From positions 124,001 through 188,000 of IMG/VR virus record IMGVR_UViG_3300042907_001080: a stretch of 64,000 nucleotides of DNA; one strand, written 5' to 3'. Shown here piece by piece: positions 20,714 to 30,793 of the stretch. The notes below the pieces were generated by a model that had not been told where the DNA came from, made no database searches, and was given only the letters and a program-made list of their open reading frames with translations. A program made the position numbers and the translations under genes. The first letter of the stretch is position 1; every line of letters begins with the position of its first letter.

Positions 20714-22130
20714 TATAAAAGGCAACGAACTTAAAGAGATTAACGGTAGATATGAATCTCGATATCTTGCTGATGCTGACTACGTGTATAAAGAACTAAA
20801 CAAAGTTAGTCCGAGCTTTTGTCTTGCTAAATGGTATAATGTTAGTCTACACATTCCTACGGGAAAAACACATAGTTGTTATCATCCTAGGACACATCAA
20901 GTTCCTTTAGAAGAAGTTCGAATTGATGTTAGTGCATTACATAATACAAAATATAAAAAAGAACAACGCAAATTAATGTTAGCTGGAGAACGTCCTAAAG
21001 AATGTGAATTTTGTTGGCAGATAGAAGATAGTGGTACGCAGTTAAGTGATCGTGCATATCGAAGTAAAGATGTTTACGAACACGGTTTAATAGAAGAAGC
21101 ACAGTTAGTAGAAAATCCTAATCCACGCTACGTTGAAGTAAATTTTAATCAAGCCTGTAATTTTAAATGTAGTTATTGCAGCCCTCATCTAAGTACAGCA
21201 TGGCACAACGATATTCAACATAACGGTGCGTTTATTTTAAAAGATCGTTGGCACAATGATATTAATTGGATGAAGAGTCTTAACATAGATAACGGGCCAA
21301 ACAATCCTTACTTGCTAGCGTTCTGGGAATGGTTGCCACAGATATATCCAACACTACATACATTCCGTATGACTGGCGGTGAGCCATTGATGGATAAGAA
21401 CACGTTCCGTATGTTTGACTATGTTAAAGAACATCCTAAAGAAGATCTGCATCTAAGTATTACTAGTAACTGTTGTCCGCCGGGTGATCAGTGGGCTAAA
21501 TTTATGACTAGTCTTAAAGAGATTACAGATGTAGATGCAATTGATCATTTTATGTTGTATTGTAGTTTAGACTCTTGGGGTAATCAAGCAGAATATATTC
21601 GCAACGGTATGGATTTTAATCTACTGTATAATAATGTATGTGATTATTTGCAAAATAGTGATAAACACAGTTTAACATTTATTATAACTTTTACCGCATT
21701 AAGTTATACAGGATTTTATTCTTACATAGAAAATATTTTAAAACTTAGAAAACAATATAACAAAGGACGTCAATTAGTTTGGTTTGATGTTCCACAGTTA
21801 TTAGATCCTGATTTTTTAAATCCTAAATTATTACCAGAAATGGTTAGTGAATTAGAACGCACTATAGAATTTATGAAATACAATCCTGAAACACGCTGGA
21901 ACGAATTTAAAGGATTTAGTGATTTTGAAATTAGTAAGGTTCAGCGTTTAATTGATTGGATTAAATCGGATACAGGTTTTAATCGTGAGCTGGCGATGGA
22001 AAATTTTTATTTGTTCTTTAGCCAGCATGATGCACGTAGAGATACAAATTTTTTAAATACTTTTCCAGAGTTAGAAAATTTCTGGAAAGAATGCGAGGTA
22101 AAATGCAAGAAAGCAATACACAAGCAATGA
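20697..22130 (+). CDS. Radical SAM protein with N-terminal Cys-rich (twitch/SPASM-like) domain
   Basis: CxxxCxxC 'CNFKCSYC', 'TGGEP'; N-terminal 'FCLAKW...HSCYH...CEFCW'. Confidence 0.9.
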   Translation: MEYNRNIKGNELKEINGRYESRYLADADYVYKELNKVSPSFCLAKWYNVSLHIPTGKTHSCYHPRTHQVPLEEVRIDVSALHNTKYKKEQRKLMLAGERPKECEFCWQIEDSGTQLSDRAYRSKDVYEHGLIEEAQLVENPNPRYVEVNFNQACNFKCSYCSPHLSTAWHNDIQHNGAFILKDRWHNDINWMKSLNIDNGPNNPYLLAFWEWLPQIYPTLHTFRMTGGEPLMDKNTFRMFDYVKEHPKEDLHLSITSNCCPPGDQWAKFMTSLKEITDVDAIDHFMLYCSLDSWGNQAEYIRNGMDFNLLYNNVCDYLQNSDKHSLTFIITFTALSYTGFYSYIENILKLRKQYNKGRQLVWFDVPQLLDPDFLNPKLLPEMVSELERTIEFMKYNPETRWNEFKGFSDFEISKVQRLIDWIKSDTGFNRELAMENFYLFFSQHDARRDTNFLNTFPELENFWKECEVKCKKAIHKQ

Positions 22131-22807
22131 CGATTTTCATATACGGTGATAGTTTTAGCATGTCTAGTGAAGTGAGATGCACTTCGTGGATTGATCAATT
22201 ACATGGAAAACATCAACTAATAAATCGATCAATTGCAGGTGCAAGCAATCATTATATATTTTTAAGATTCATGGAAGACTTAGACCGTATAACACCTGAC
22301 GATTTAGTTGTTTTTTGTTGGTCTGAGAATCAAAGATATTATCAGAAAGATTCTAAGAAGACACAAGAAATTCACCAGTTGTATCATAAACACTTTTATA
22401 ATCAACGTCTTCTTGAAATGCAGTCTGATATGTATTTGGATAAGATCGAAGCGGTTGTTAAAGAACGAAAGATCCGCATGTTGTTTTTCTGGGCTTTCCC
22501 TTCCGGATACGGTGATTCGAGCAATTGGGTATCTACTAAATTTGTATCCGAGGATAGCTTAGTTTATTCGCACACATTTGAAAACGAAGTTAGGCCAGCT
22601 CTGATATATTTCTCTAGAATAGAAATACCAAAAAAATATTTAAACACAGAAGAAAAACTGCTTGAGTTTGCCTCTAAAGATATGAGACCTAATCATATGG
22701 CTAACCAAAAATTGCACGACGAACTATTTAAAATAGTAGATGATGTTTTTCATCATAGACTAGCAGGTCAAATTAATTTAAAAAACAGGTTACATAATGA
22801 GTCATAA
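22127..22807 (+). CDS. SGNH/GDSL hydrolase-like protein
   Basis: Block I 'IYGDSFS', 'AGASN', C-terminal 'DMRPNH'. ATGA overlap supports the start at 22127. Confidence 0.6.
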   Translation: MTIFIYGDSFSMSSEVRCTSWIDQLHGKHQLINRSIAGASNHYIFLRFMEDLDRITPDDLVVFCWSENQRYYQKDSKKTQEIHQLYHKHFYNQRLLEMQSDMYLDKIEAVVKERKIRMLFFWAFPSGYGDSSNWVSTKFVSEDSLVYSHTFENEVRPALIYFSRIEIPKKYLNTEEKLLEFASKDMRPNHMANQKLHDELFKIVDDVFHHRLAGQINLKNRLHNES

Positions 22808-24155
22808 ATTACAATATATTAAAAACGTAAGAGATAGATTAAACAAAGTCGGTACGGGATTCTGTGCAATGAAGTGGTTGCACCAAACTCTGTATCTACA
22901 CACCGGTGATAATCACAGTTGCTATCATCCGCGCCCACATCATATTGGTTTAGATGAAATTGCAGCAGATCCTAGTGCATTACACAATACAAAATGGAAA
23001 AAAGAACAGCGTAAAACCATGTTAGAAGGCGGTCGCCCTAACGAATGCCAATATTGTTGGAATATTGAAGATCTACCAGGCGAGCATATCAGTGACAGAA
23101 TGATACATAGTTCCAGTGATTTCAGCGAACCACTGATTGAAAAACTAGCAGAATTACCTTGGGATGCTCCGGTTAATCCTCGTTACTTAGAAGTGAGTTT
23201 TGGTAACGGATGTAATTATCGTTGCGGTTATTGCTGCCCACAAGCAAGCACCATGTGGACAGAAGAAATCAAGAAGCATGGCAATTACGATCTAACCTAT
23301 AATCAGTATGGCATTGAGTTTATGACCAACGGAACATACTACGGTCCTAAAGACGAAAATCCCTACATTGAAGCATTCTGGAAATGGTGGCCAAGTTTAA
23401 AAAATGACTTACATACTCTGCGTATTACTGGCGGCGAACCTCTAATGAATCCAGGGGCTATGCAGTTTTTTGATTTGCTAGAAACAGAACCAAGTCCTCA
23501 TTTAGAAATTACATTAAACAGTAATCTAGGTGTAACCTTTGATCGTGTTGACAGACTTATTCAAAGAGTAACTAGTCTTGTTCGTCAAAAGAAGATCCGT
23601 AAATTTAGTTTCTTTACAAGCATTGATAGTTGGGGCGAGCAAGCAGAATATATGCGTACAGGACTTAAATGTGATCACTGGGAACGCAATATGATAGAAG
23701 TAATCAAGGCAGGTGCTACTGTAAATTTGATGTGTACCTATAATGTCTTGTGCGTTACTAACTTTCAACAACTATTAGAAAAGGTAATCGAATGGCGCGA
23801 GAAGTTTGGATTTGAGTCAGTGTCTTTTGATACACCGTACTTGAAAGAACCACCACATTGGATGATTAACATTCTCACAGATGATTTTATAGCACATCAA
23901 GAACGTCAATTACAATTTATTGTAGACAATAAAAAATGGTTCACCGACGTCGAATATGAAAAAATGCTTCGTGTTACAGACTATATGAAAGAGAATCCGG
24001 TAAGCAAAGAAAAGATTCATGCTGGCAGAAGAGACTTTTATAGTTTTTTTAAAGAAAATGACAAACGTCTAGGTACAGATTTACTAAAGACATTTCCAGA
24101 ATACACAGAATTTTATAATCTGTGCAAACAAATTTACGAAAATTATGACAAATAA
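22797..24155 (+). CDS. Radical SAM protein (close paralog of 20697-22130)
   Basis: 'CNYRCGYC', 'ITGGEPL'; N-terminal 'FCAMKW..HSCYHPRPH..SALHNTKWKKEQRK..CQYCW'. Confidence 0.9.
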   Translation: MSHKLQYIKNVRDRLNKVGTGFCAMKWLHQTLYLHTGDNHSCYHPRPHHIGLDEIAADPSALHNTKWKKEQRKTMLEGGRPNECQYCWNIEDLPGEHISDRMIHSSSDFSEPLIEKLAELPWDAPVNPRYLEVSFGNGCNYRCGYCCPQASTMWTEEIKKHGNYDLTYNQYGIEFMTNGTYYGPKDENPYIEAFWKWWPSLKNDLHTLRITGGEPLMNPGAMQFFDLLETEPSPHLEITLNSNLGVTFDRVDRLIQRVTSLVRQKKIRKFSFFTSIDSWGEQAEYMRTGLKCDHWERNMIEVIKAGATVNLMCTYNVLCVTNFQQLLEKVIEWREKFGFESVSFDTPYLKEPPHWMINILTDDFIAHQERQLQFIVDNKKWFTDVEYEKMLRVTDYMKENPVSKEKIHAGRRDFYSFFKENDKRLGTDLLKTFPEYTEFYNLCKQIYENYDK

Positions 24156-25347
24156 ATCCACTTACTGTGTGAATCCATACATGAATCTAAGTATTCATCC
24201 TAAAGGCATAGTTAAAACATGCTGCATGAGTACTCGAGAATTGGTTACTGACTCAGGGAAGACTACCATTAATAATGCTAGTATTTTGGAGTTTTGGAAT
24301 AGTAAAGATCGTCAACAAATGATTAGCAATCTTAATAACGGGGTTAAAATACCGGAATGCACATTTTGCTGGCAAGAAGAGGAAGCCGGCAAGGAAAGCA
24401 AACGAATTAGAGACAATAAAACGTATGCAAGTATTATTACTGATAGTGACATGTTACCAGTAGTTGTAGACCTAAGTATGGGAAATCTATGCAATATAAA
24501 ATGTAGGATATGTAGCCCAACACACTCTACTCCTTGGATGATTGAAGAAGCTAGTATACATTTTCCAAATAATAAACAAGCATATTTAAAACAACCGAGG
24601 TGGCAAACTGTTAAAGATAGTTTTGATTACGAAAATAAATTTCTGTGGGATGATATTACTGCATTATTGCCCAATGTAACTAAATTTGATTTTGCCGGAG
24701 GCGAACCTTTTTATATCGAAAAACACTGGAGTATTGTAAACAAATGCGTTGAGGAAGGGTGGAGTAAAAAACAACACATTCATTATAACACTAATGGCAC
24801 TATCTACCCAGAGAAATATATGTCATTGCTAGAAGAGTTTAGACTTGTGGATATACAAATCAGCAGTGATGGTGTCGGTAAGAAATTTGAATATTGCCGT
24901 CATCCAGCTGTTTGGGAAGAAGTAGAAGAAAATATTGATAAGTTTATTTCTGCAAAAAATAATAGCAAAACTGAATGGTTGCTATCTGCTTGTATTTCTG
25001 TTTCAGCATTTAATGTATATGATTTTTTTGAAACATTTGAGCATTATGCCAGCAAGGGCATCGGTATATATGTTAATATGGTGCACGATCATCATAGTAT
25101 CAAAGTGTTGCCTTGTGAATTAAAACAATCAATAATTAATAGACTCAATGCATCTGAATCTAAATATCTGCCACAACAGTGGAACAATGATAGAAATATG
25201 GTTATACAATACCTATCTAACACAGAATTTTTTGAATCAGACTGGATTAATTTTTGGGCAGAACTCGAAAAGCGAGATACAATAAGAAAAGAATCTTTCA
25301 AAGAGATCTTTCCTGAATATTTCAACGAAATTAAAAAATACTTATAG
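24145..25347 (+). CDS. Radical SAM protein with N-terminal twitch/SPASM-like domain
   Basis: 'CNIKCRIC', 'AGGEPF', 'YNTNGT'; N-terminal 'C..P...VKTCC...CTFCW'. Confidence 0.9.
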   Translation: MTNKSTYCVNPYMNLSIHPKGIVKTCCMSTRELVTDSGKTTINNASILEFWNSKDRQQMISNLNNGVKIPECTFCWQEEEAGKESKRIRDNKTYASIITDSDMLPVVVDLSMGNLCNIKCRICSPTHSTPWMIEEASIHFPNNKQAYLKQPRWQTVKDSFDYENKFLWDDITALLPNVTKFDFAGGEPFYIEKHWSIVNKCVEEGWSKKQHIHYNTNGTIYPEKYMSLLEEFRLVDIQISSDGVGKKFEYCRHPAVWEEVEENIDKFISAKNNSKTEWLLSACISVSAFNVYDFFETFEHYASKGIGIYVNMVHDHHSIKVLPCELKQSIINRLNASESKYLPQQWNNDRNMVIQYLSNTEFFESDWINFWAELEKRDTIRKESFKEIFPEYFNEIKKYL

Positions 25348-25355
25348 GATATAAT

Positions 25356-26582
25356 ATGTGGAATGATGCAGTAACACAGGTTCATTGGGAACCAACAGAC
25401 AAATGTAACAGTGGATGTTCTATGTGTCCAAGATATGATTCAAAAGGTTTTGAGATAAGCACATTAGAAAATAAAGAATGGACTTTAGAAAGTTTTAAAA
25501 AAGCATGGTCTGTAAAATTTTTATCGCAATTGCAAAAGATACTTGCTTGTGGTAACTTTGGTGATCCTTGCGCCTGTAGAGAATTTGTAGACATATATGA
25601 ATACTGCAGAGAAATCAATCCAGGCATGGGGCTTGCCTGTAACACTAACGGTAGCCTTAGAAATCCAGCATGGTGGAGTCGGTTAGGGGCTGTGATGCGT
25701 GAAGATCAAAATCTAGGTAACTACTGTACGTTTAGTCTAGATGGACTTGAAGACACAAATCATCTTTATCGTCGAAATACCAACTGGAAAAAAATCATGG
25801 AAAACGCCAAAGCATTTATTGATGCTGGCGGTGTTGCTCATTGGGATTTTATTGTATTTGAGCACAATGAACATCAAGTTGAGGAAGCTAGAGAACTAGC
25901 ACGTTCTATGGGCTTTAAGAACTTTAACGTTAAAAGAACTACCCGTTGGGCAAAATACAAAGACGGTGTTGGGTCATATCCTGTTTATTCCAAAGGCATA
26001 CACTTGTATGATCTTAAACAACCCAATGAAGATAAATTCAAACACAACTTTGAAGATTCGCAATACTTCAAGCAGAGCAAATATCAAAGTATCACGCTGA
26101 ATGATTTTAAAAATATGGTAGGTATCAAGAATGGGGACATGAGATTTGTAAATGGAAAATGGGAAACTATTGATCTAGATTCACTTAACATAGCGTGCCG
26201 CGCAGTCAAAGATGCTAGAATGCATCAACCGCACAATGAAATATTTGTAAGTGCAGGAGGACATGTTGCTCCTTGTTGTTTTTTAGGTTCCGAGCCTATG
26301 ATAGATACCAAAGTTAAAGACCGAGACGAAAATTATATCAGTATGATTAATGCTCAAGGTGGACTACATAGACTTAATATGCATATCAACGATATCTACG
26401 ACATACTGCAATTAGATATTTTCCAGAAATGGATTCCCGACACGTGGGATAACGAAAATGGTAATACTTCAATGCGTCCAGCGAAATGCGGACAATGCTG
26501 TGGTGTAGAATTTAATGGTCTCGATTTTGGAGAACTTGGAAACAAAAAAGATTCATACATTATCAAGGAAAACAATGAATAA
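25356..26582 (+). CDS. Radical SAM protein with C-terminal SPASM-like Cys cluster
   Basis: 'CNSGCSMC', 'GNFGDP', 'NTNGS', 'FSLDGL'; C-terminal 'VAPCC...CGQCC'. Confidence 0.9.
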   Translation: MWNDAVTQVHWEPTDKCNSGCSMCPRYDSKGFEISTLENKEWTLESFKKAWSVKFLSQLQKILACGNFGDPCACREFVDIYEYCREINPGMGLACNTNGSLRNPAWWSRLGAVMREDQNLGNYCTFSLDGLEDTNHLYRRNTNWKKIMENAKAFIDAGGVAHWDFIVFEHNEHQVEEARELARSMGFKNFNVKRTTRWAKYKDGVGSYPVYSKGIHLYDLKQPNEDKFKHNFEDSQYFKQSKYQSITLNDFKNMVGIKNGDMRFVNGKWETIDLDSLNIACRAVKDARMHQPHNEIFVSAGGHVAPCCFLGSEPMIDTKVKDRDENYISMINAQGGLHRLNMHINDIYDILQLDIFQKWIPDTWDNENGNTSMRPAKCGQCCGVEFNGLDFGELGNKKDSYIIKENNE

Positions 26583-27774
26583 TTTATGTGTCTTACCTTT
26601 TAATAGCATAAGCATAGATGCAGTCGGGCAATTTAGAGCTTGTTGTAGCAGTGGAACCAATGGATTCAAATTATATGCCAAGGATTTAACTCCTGAAGAA
26701 TTCATTAATAATAAAAAAATTGTAGAACTAAGACAGGATTTTTTAAATGGACAAAAGCCTAGTAACTGTGATCGATGCTGGAACATGGAGGCTATCGGGA
26801 ATCCTAGTTTTAGACACGTAGCAAATGAAAATCAATCTTATGGAATAAAAAATAACAAGACGATTGAATTTAAAAGTCACATAGGTTTTGAAAATATACA
26901 GTATCTTGATATTACACTAGGAAATAAATGTAATCTCGCCTGTCGAATGTGCAGTCCTTATAGCAGTTCTTTAGTTGCCAAACAATGGAATATCATTAAT
27001 AAATCACAGGGTCACAAGGAAATCATCGAATTTGATAGATCTACCAAAGACAAAATACTTGACACAATCAACAAATCTGTTAACTTAACAGAAATATACA
27101 TGTTGGGAGGAGAACCACTGGTATCTGAATTTCACGATGAGATTGTTGAACTGCTCATTGCGAACGGTAGATCAAAAAATTTAATCTTGCATTACAATAC
27201 AAACCTACAAATTGATGCTGAACGTAAATTAGAAGTATGGGAAAAATTTAGAAATATAGATTTAAGCATCAGTATAGACGGCCATGGTGATACTTATGAG
27301 TATATAAGGTGGCCTGGAAATTGGGCTAAATTACATAAAAATATAAACCTTGTAATTGATTATTCTAAACAGAATAAGAATATACTACCTGGAATAGCCA
27401 CCACTGTGCAAAATTTAAATGTTGATAACTTAGACCAACTTATTGATAGCATGCATGAACTATCAGATAATAAACTCAGCTTTTATTTTATTCCGGTAGT
27501 TCAATTCAATGAGCTTGACATAACACCCTTGCATGTTTTGGAAGAGTCACACAGCAAATTACAAAAGTATAGAAATACATCGTTGCATCGAGCAGATGAA
27601 TTATTAAATATGATTAAGGAAGCAATAGATAAATCTAAAAATGTGGACTCTAAAAGGGTGGTCGAATTTTTTAAAATGCAAAAAAACTATGATATGATAC
27701 GTAATCAAAATTTATTCAAAATCAAACCTCATTTTATAGAATACGCAAAACAATTCAAGGTAAACACATGGTAA
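26575..27774 (+). CDS. Radical SAM protein with N-terminal twitch/SPASM-like domain
   Basis: 'CNLACRMC', 'LGGEPL', 'YNTN', 'SIDG..YEYIRWP'; N-terminal 'CVLPF..RACC..CDRCW'. Confidence 0.9.
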   Translation: MNNLCVLPFNSISIDAVGQFRACCSSGTNGFKLYAKDLTPEEFINNKKIVELRQDFLNGQKPSNCDRCWNMEAIGNPSFRHVANENQSYGIKNNKTIEFKSHIGFENIQYLDITLGNKCNLACRMCSPYSSSLVAKQWNIINKSQGHKEIIEFDRSTKDKILDTINKSVNLTEIYMLGGEPLVSEFHDEIVELLIANGRSKNLILHYNTNLQIDAERKLEVWEKFRNIDLSISIDGHGDTYEYIRWPGNWAKLHKNINLVIDYSKQNKNILPGIATTVQNLNVDNLDQLIDSMHELSDNKLSFYFIPVVQFNELDITPLHVLEESHSKLQKYRNTSLHRADELLNMIKEAIDKSKNVDSKRVVEFFKMQKNYDMIRNQNLFKIKPHFIEYAKQFKVNTW

Positions 27775-28610
27775 AACTTACTATCAAAGAAAATACATTT
27801 AATGTAAAAAGAATCGTAGCATTCGGTTGCAGTTTTACAGCCGGGACCGAAATACTAGATTATCAATTAAATCCCTATTTTGTAGATTTAAAAAATAAAT
27901 TAGATGCGTATCAGTGGTGGGAAAAACTTAAAAAAGATCCAGATCAGATGAAGCTACAGCTAGAAATTCGAAAACAAGAACCCAACCATTCTTGGCCGGC
28001 ACATCTAGCTTCTTACTTGGGTGTGAACTTTATAAATTATGCAAAGCCTGGTAATAGTAATGAACTCATGTGTTGGCAGATAGAACAAAAATTAAATTCG
28101 GGAGAAATTACCGATGACGATTTAATTTTGGTCGGAACAACCGGAACCCAGCGATCTATGTTTTTCTCTAGTACCTATCCAGAACCTGTGCCGTTTTTAC
28201 TTTCAAATATCGAATCGTACAAAGTCGAACTATCAGAACATATAACAAAATATTTCACAGACGATAGACTCTTGTGGAATTATTATAGAGATTTAAAAGT
28301 ATTCGAATCAATAAAACAGAAAATAAATGGCAGATTGTTTGTGATCCCTATGGAACAAATTCGTGAAGAATTATGTCTTTGGCCCAGCACACACGCTTAC
28401 GGCACATATCGGGTAGCGTCACTTGAGAATGCTTTATTTTTTAACAAAATAATAAATCAATTACATAATTCTCAACTATTTGCAACTACAGATTGTTGTT
28501 TATACGATTTTAAAACGGAAAAAACTACATTACCACATGGACATTTAAATGAGGATGCTCATAAATCTTTCGCCGAACAGCTTTACAAAGAGCATGTTAT
28601 TATCAACTAA
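27768..28610 (+). CDS. SGNH-like hydrolase-fold protein
   Basis: 'VAFGCSFTAG', 'NYAKPGNSN', C-terminal 'PHGHLNEDAH'. Confidence 0.55.
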   Translation: MVKLTIKENTFNVKRIVAFGCSFTAGTEILDYQLNPYFVDLKNKLDAYQWWEKLKKDPDQMKLQLEIRKQEPNHSWPAHLASYLGVNFINYAKPGNSNELMCWQIEQKLNSGEITDDDLILVGTTGTQRSMFFSSTYPEPVPFLLSNIESYKVELSEHITKYFTDDRLLWNYYRDLKVFESIKQKINGRLFVIPMEQIREELCLWPSTHAYGTYRVASLENALFFNKIINQLHNSQLFATTDCCLYDFKTEKTTLPHGHLNEDAHKSFAEQLYKEHVIIN

Positions 28611-28611
28611 C

Positions 28612-28632
28612 CAGAATAGAGAAATTGTTCTG
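28612..28632. terminator. Possible hairpin at the convergent strand switch
   Basis: cagaata-N7-tgttctg between two convergent stop codons; weak stem, no U-tract. Confidence 0.25.
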
Positions 28633-29298
28633 CTATAATTTAATTAATGGATTTGTTATTATTGCACATAGATCAAGTTTCCAGAGTCCGTTGTGTTCGA
28701 TATTAAAATAGACTAATTCTAAATGATGTTCTTTGGCAAATCTGTTGGCACACTTGTTAATATGTTCATACATACAATCGTCGACAAATATAATACCGGG
28801 CTTCATGTTCGCATAACAATATTCTAAGTCAGTTTTTAAAACTTCGTCCTTATGGCTACCATCGAGTATTATACAACTCATTTGAGAAATATCAACATTA
28901 TGCACTACATCTGTAATTAACGTAATATTATCGCACTCTTTTTTATACAATTTTTGAATATGTCTAAAAGATGCGGGCTCTAACATAAGTTCGGGATACT
29001 TCGATCGTAGGTGCATTAAATGATCTGAGAGACCTTTCATTGCGAAGTATTCTTCAAAGTTGCTAGGGTCAACGGTTGTTATTGAATTGCTTGGGAATTC
29101 TTTTGCTAGTATATATGTAGTGCCGCCTGCAAATGTTCCAATTTCTAATATTTGTGTTAACTTATAATCATTGATTGCTTTGATAATAGGTGTTAACTTA
29201 TTCATGGGCATCAACGACATTGGTCGAGATGTTAAAATCTCTATTACTTCTTTTTCTACAGATGAATCATCGACTCTATACATAAGTAAATCTAACAA
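28633..29298 (-). CDS. Class I SAM-dependent methyltransferase (Methyltransf_24-like)
   Basis: 'ILEIGTFAGG' motif I, 'ILDGSH', 'KPGIIFVDD'. Confidence 0.8.
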   Translation of the reverse strand: MLDLLMYRVDDSSVEKEVIEILTSRPMSLMPMNKLTPIIKAINDYKLTQILEIGTFAGGTTYILAKEFPSNSITTVDPSNFEEYFAMKGLSDHLMHLRSKYPELMLEPASFRHIQKLYKKECDNITLITDVVHNVDISQMSCIILDGSHKDEVLKTDLEYCYANMKPGIIFVDDCMYEHINKCANRFAKEHHLELVYFNIEHNGLWKLDLCAIITNPLIKL

Positions 29299-29311
29299 TG
29301 CTTTTAATCAT

Positions 29312-29617
29312 CTAGAACAATTTATTAGTTTCGCTGGCAATATCAGTTTTCAAGCGGGTCACATCAACTTTAAAATCGATCTTTTTGATTTCATCCTTGT
29401 ATTCTTGGAGTGTGTTAAGCAATACGTCAGCGATGCTTTCGGAAGTTTGTTTAGTCAATTCATTTTTTACATCGATTTCCCATACTCTGCCATCTATAAA
29501 ATCCAGTCGTACTGAATCCAGATAGGCTACCGGCATGGTATTCATGTAGAGATCTTCAAAAACCTCCGGCCATTCTTTTACAAGATGGCGCGGAGGTTTG
29601 AACAAGGGATTAGGCAT
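29312..29617 (-). CDS. Hypothetical protein
   Basis: 101 aa, coupled to the upstream gene. Confidence 0.6.
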   Translation of the reverse strand: MPNPLFKPPRHLVKEWPEVFEDLYMNTMPVAYLDSVRLDFIDGRVWEIDVKNELTKQTSESIADVLLNTLQEYKDEIKKIDFKVDVTRLKTDIASETNKLF

Positions 29618-30260
29618 CAGCAGTTTCTTCTACCTTTTTAACTTTTTTAACAGTGGGATCGAGTTCTTCCGCTTCTTTGCGTAATCTTGCTGCTTCTTTA
29701 TACATAGCATCAGCTTGGCTACGATATGATTTTGCTAGATCCTTGTCAGTTAGTACAGCATCGGTTGCGGCCTGCGCTCGTATAGGAGCAGGTATATCTG
29801 AATCTACCGCAGGAATCGTATCATTTACTGTGGCTGCATTTTTAACTTCAGCTTTAGCAGACGGAGCACCTGCTACAAATGTGCATAGATCATCTACGGT
29901 GCAGTTTTTCTGTTCTGCTATCAGCGTGTTAAGATTAGCCAACAGCACAGTATCGTTGGTAGTAGGTGTCATCATTACAGCATCTGTGGCTACTTTAATC
30001 AATCTGCCATCTGCTTGCATGGCCCGCAACATAGGTCTACCATCCGGGAATGGGCGTATGTGCATGATTTCGCCAAACTCAAATGCATCCTGCGCTTGTT
30101 CTGTTTCTACCAAAGTCATAATCGAATCATGATATTGATCTGGCAGTTGAGCTACAGGTAATACTAGAGCCATGTTTGACTCTCCGGGCAACGTTCTAAA
30201 CACTACCAATACCTTGGCACCTGTGTTTTGAATTCTACCTATGTGTTTAAGGCTTTTCAT
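29610..30260 (-). CDS. Hypothetical phage protein
   Basis: 216 aa with a coiled-coil C-terminus. Confidence 0.65.
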   Translation of the reverse strand: MKSLKHIGRIQNTGAKVLVVFRTLPGESNMALVLPVAQLPDQYHDSIMTLVETEQAQDAFEFGEIMHIRPFPDGRPMLRAMQADGRLIKVATDAVMMTPTTNDTVLLANLNTLIAEQKNCTVDDLCTFVAGAPSAKAEVKNAATVNDTIPAVDSDIPAPIRAQAATDAVLTDKDLAKSYRSQADAMYKEAARLRKEAEELDPTVKKVKKVEETADA

Positions 30261-30500
30261 TTAGGCTTCCTTTTTAGATACAGCTTCAAGGAAGGAATTT
30301 AGTTTGTTGAAACTTTTACCAACTGCTTCCAATTCTGCTGCTTTGAACGCTCCTCTGCTTGTTGCAACTTCGATGATATTTTTTACGGCTAACAGATCGC
30401 TGATATTTAAATCAGGACCTTGTGCTGCAGGTGCTTCTGTTGCCGCAGGCGCTGCTTGGGCTGGTGTCTCTACGACTTGATCTTTAACTTCTTCTGACAT
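30261..30500 (-). CDS. Hypothetical protein
   Basis: 79 aa; SD AAGGAG and TAATG overlap support the start at 30500. Confidence 0.65.
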   Translation of the reverse strand: MSEEVKDQVVETPAQAAPAATEAPAAQGPDLNISDLLAVKNIIEVATSRGAFKAAELEAVGKSFNKLNSFLEAVSKKEA

Positions 30501-30769
30501 TAGTTTCTCCTTAGATGTGGGCATGCAAGCATGAAATAGGTTAATTCTTTTTGATCTTCAAAACCTACGAAATGCGAAGATCTTAAATTTCCACTCTGGT
30601 CTAGAGCAGGTTTTTTGCAGATATAATATCTGCCCTTGAGTTTGACTTTGATCCAATCTTCGATGCCTTCAAATATTTCAGATTCTGAAATATTCAATTC
30701 AGTGAAATGTGGGGCCACAGTCTTCAGCTTTCGCTGTTGTAGTACGTCCATTGGATTAAGGTCAAACAT
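30500..30769 (-). CDS. Hypothetical protein
   Basis: 89 aa, 8 nt downstream of TATAAATA. Confidence 0.6.
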   Translation of the reverse strand: MFDLNPMDVLQQRKLKTVAPHFTELNISESEIFEGIEDWIKVKLKGRYYICKKPALDQSGNLRSSHFVGFEDQKELTYFMLACPHLRRN

Positions 30770-30777
30770 AGTGAAAA

Positions 30778-30785
30778 TATTTATA
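30778..30785 (-). promoter_or_regulatory. Late promoter TATAAATA
   Basis: Exact consensus, intergenic. Confidence 0.65.
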
Positions 30786-30793
30786 CAGGGGGA

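Noticed and set aside
20697-27774. RiPP biosynthetic cluster
   Set aside because: No precursor peptide, RRE domain, peptidase or exporter is adjacent; the neighbours are glycosyltransferase-like and SGNH genes. Not fully excluded.
29312-29335. C-terminal 'TNKLF' as a third clamp-binding motif
   Set aside because: Only a partial match (no NTF, no DF), too short to support.
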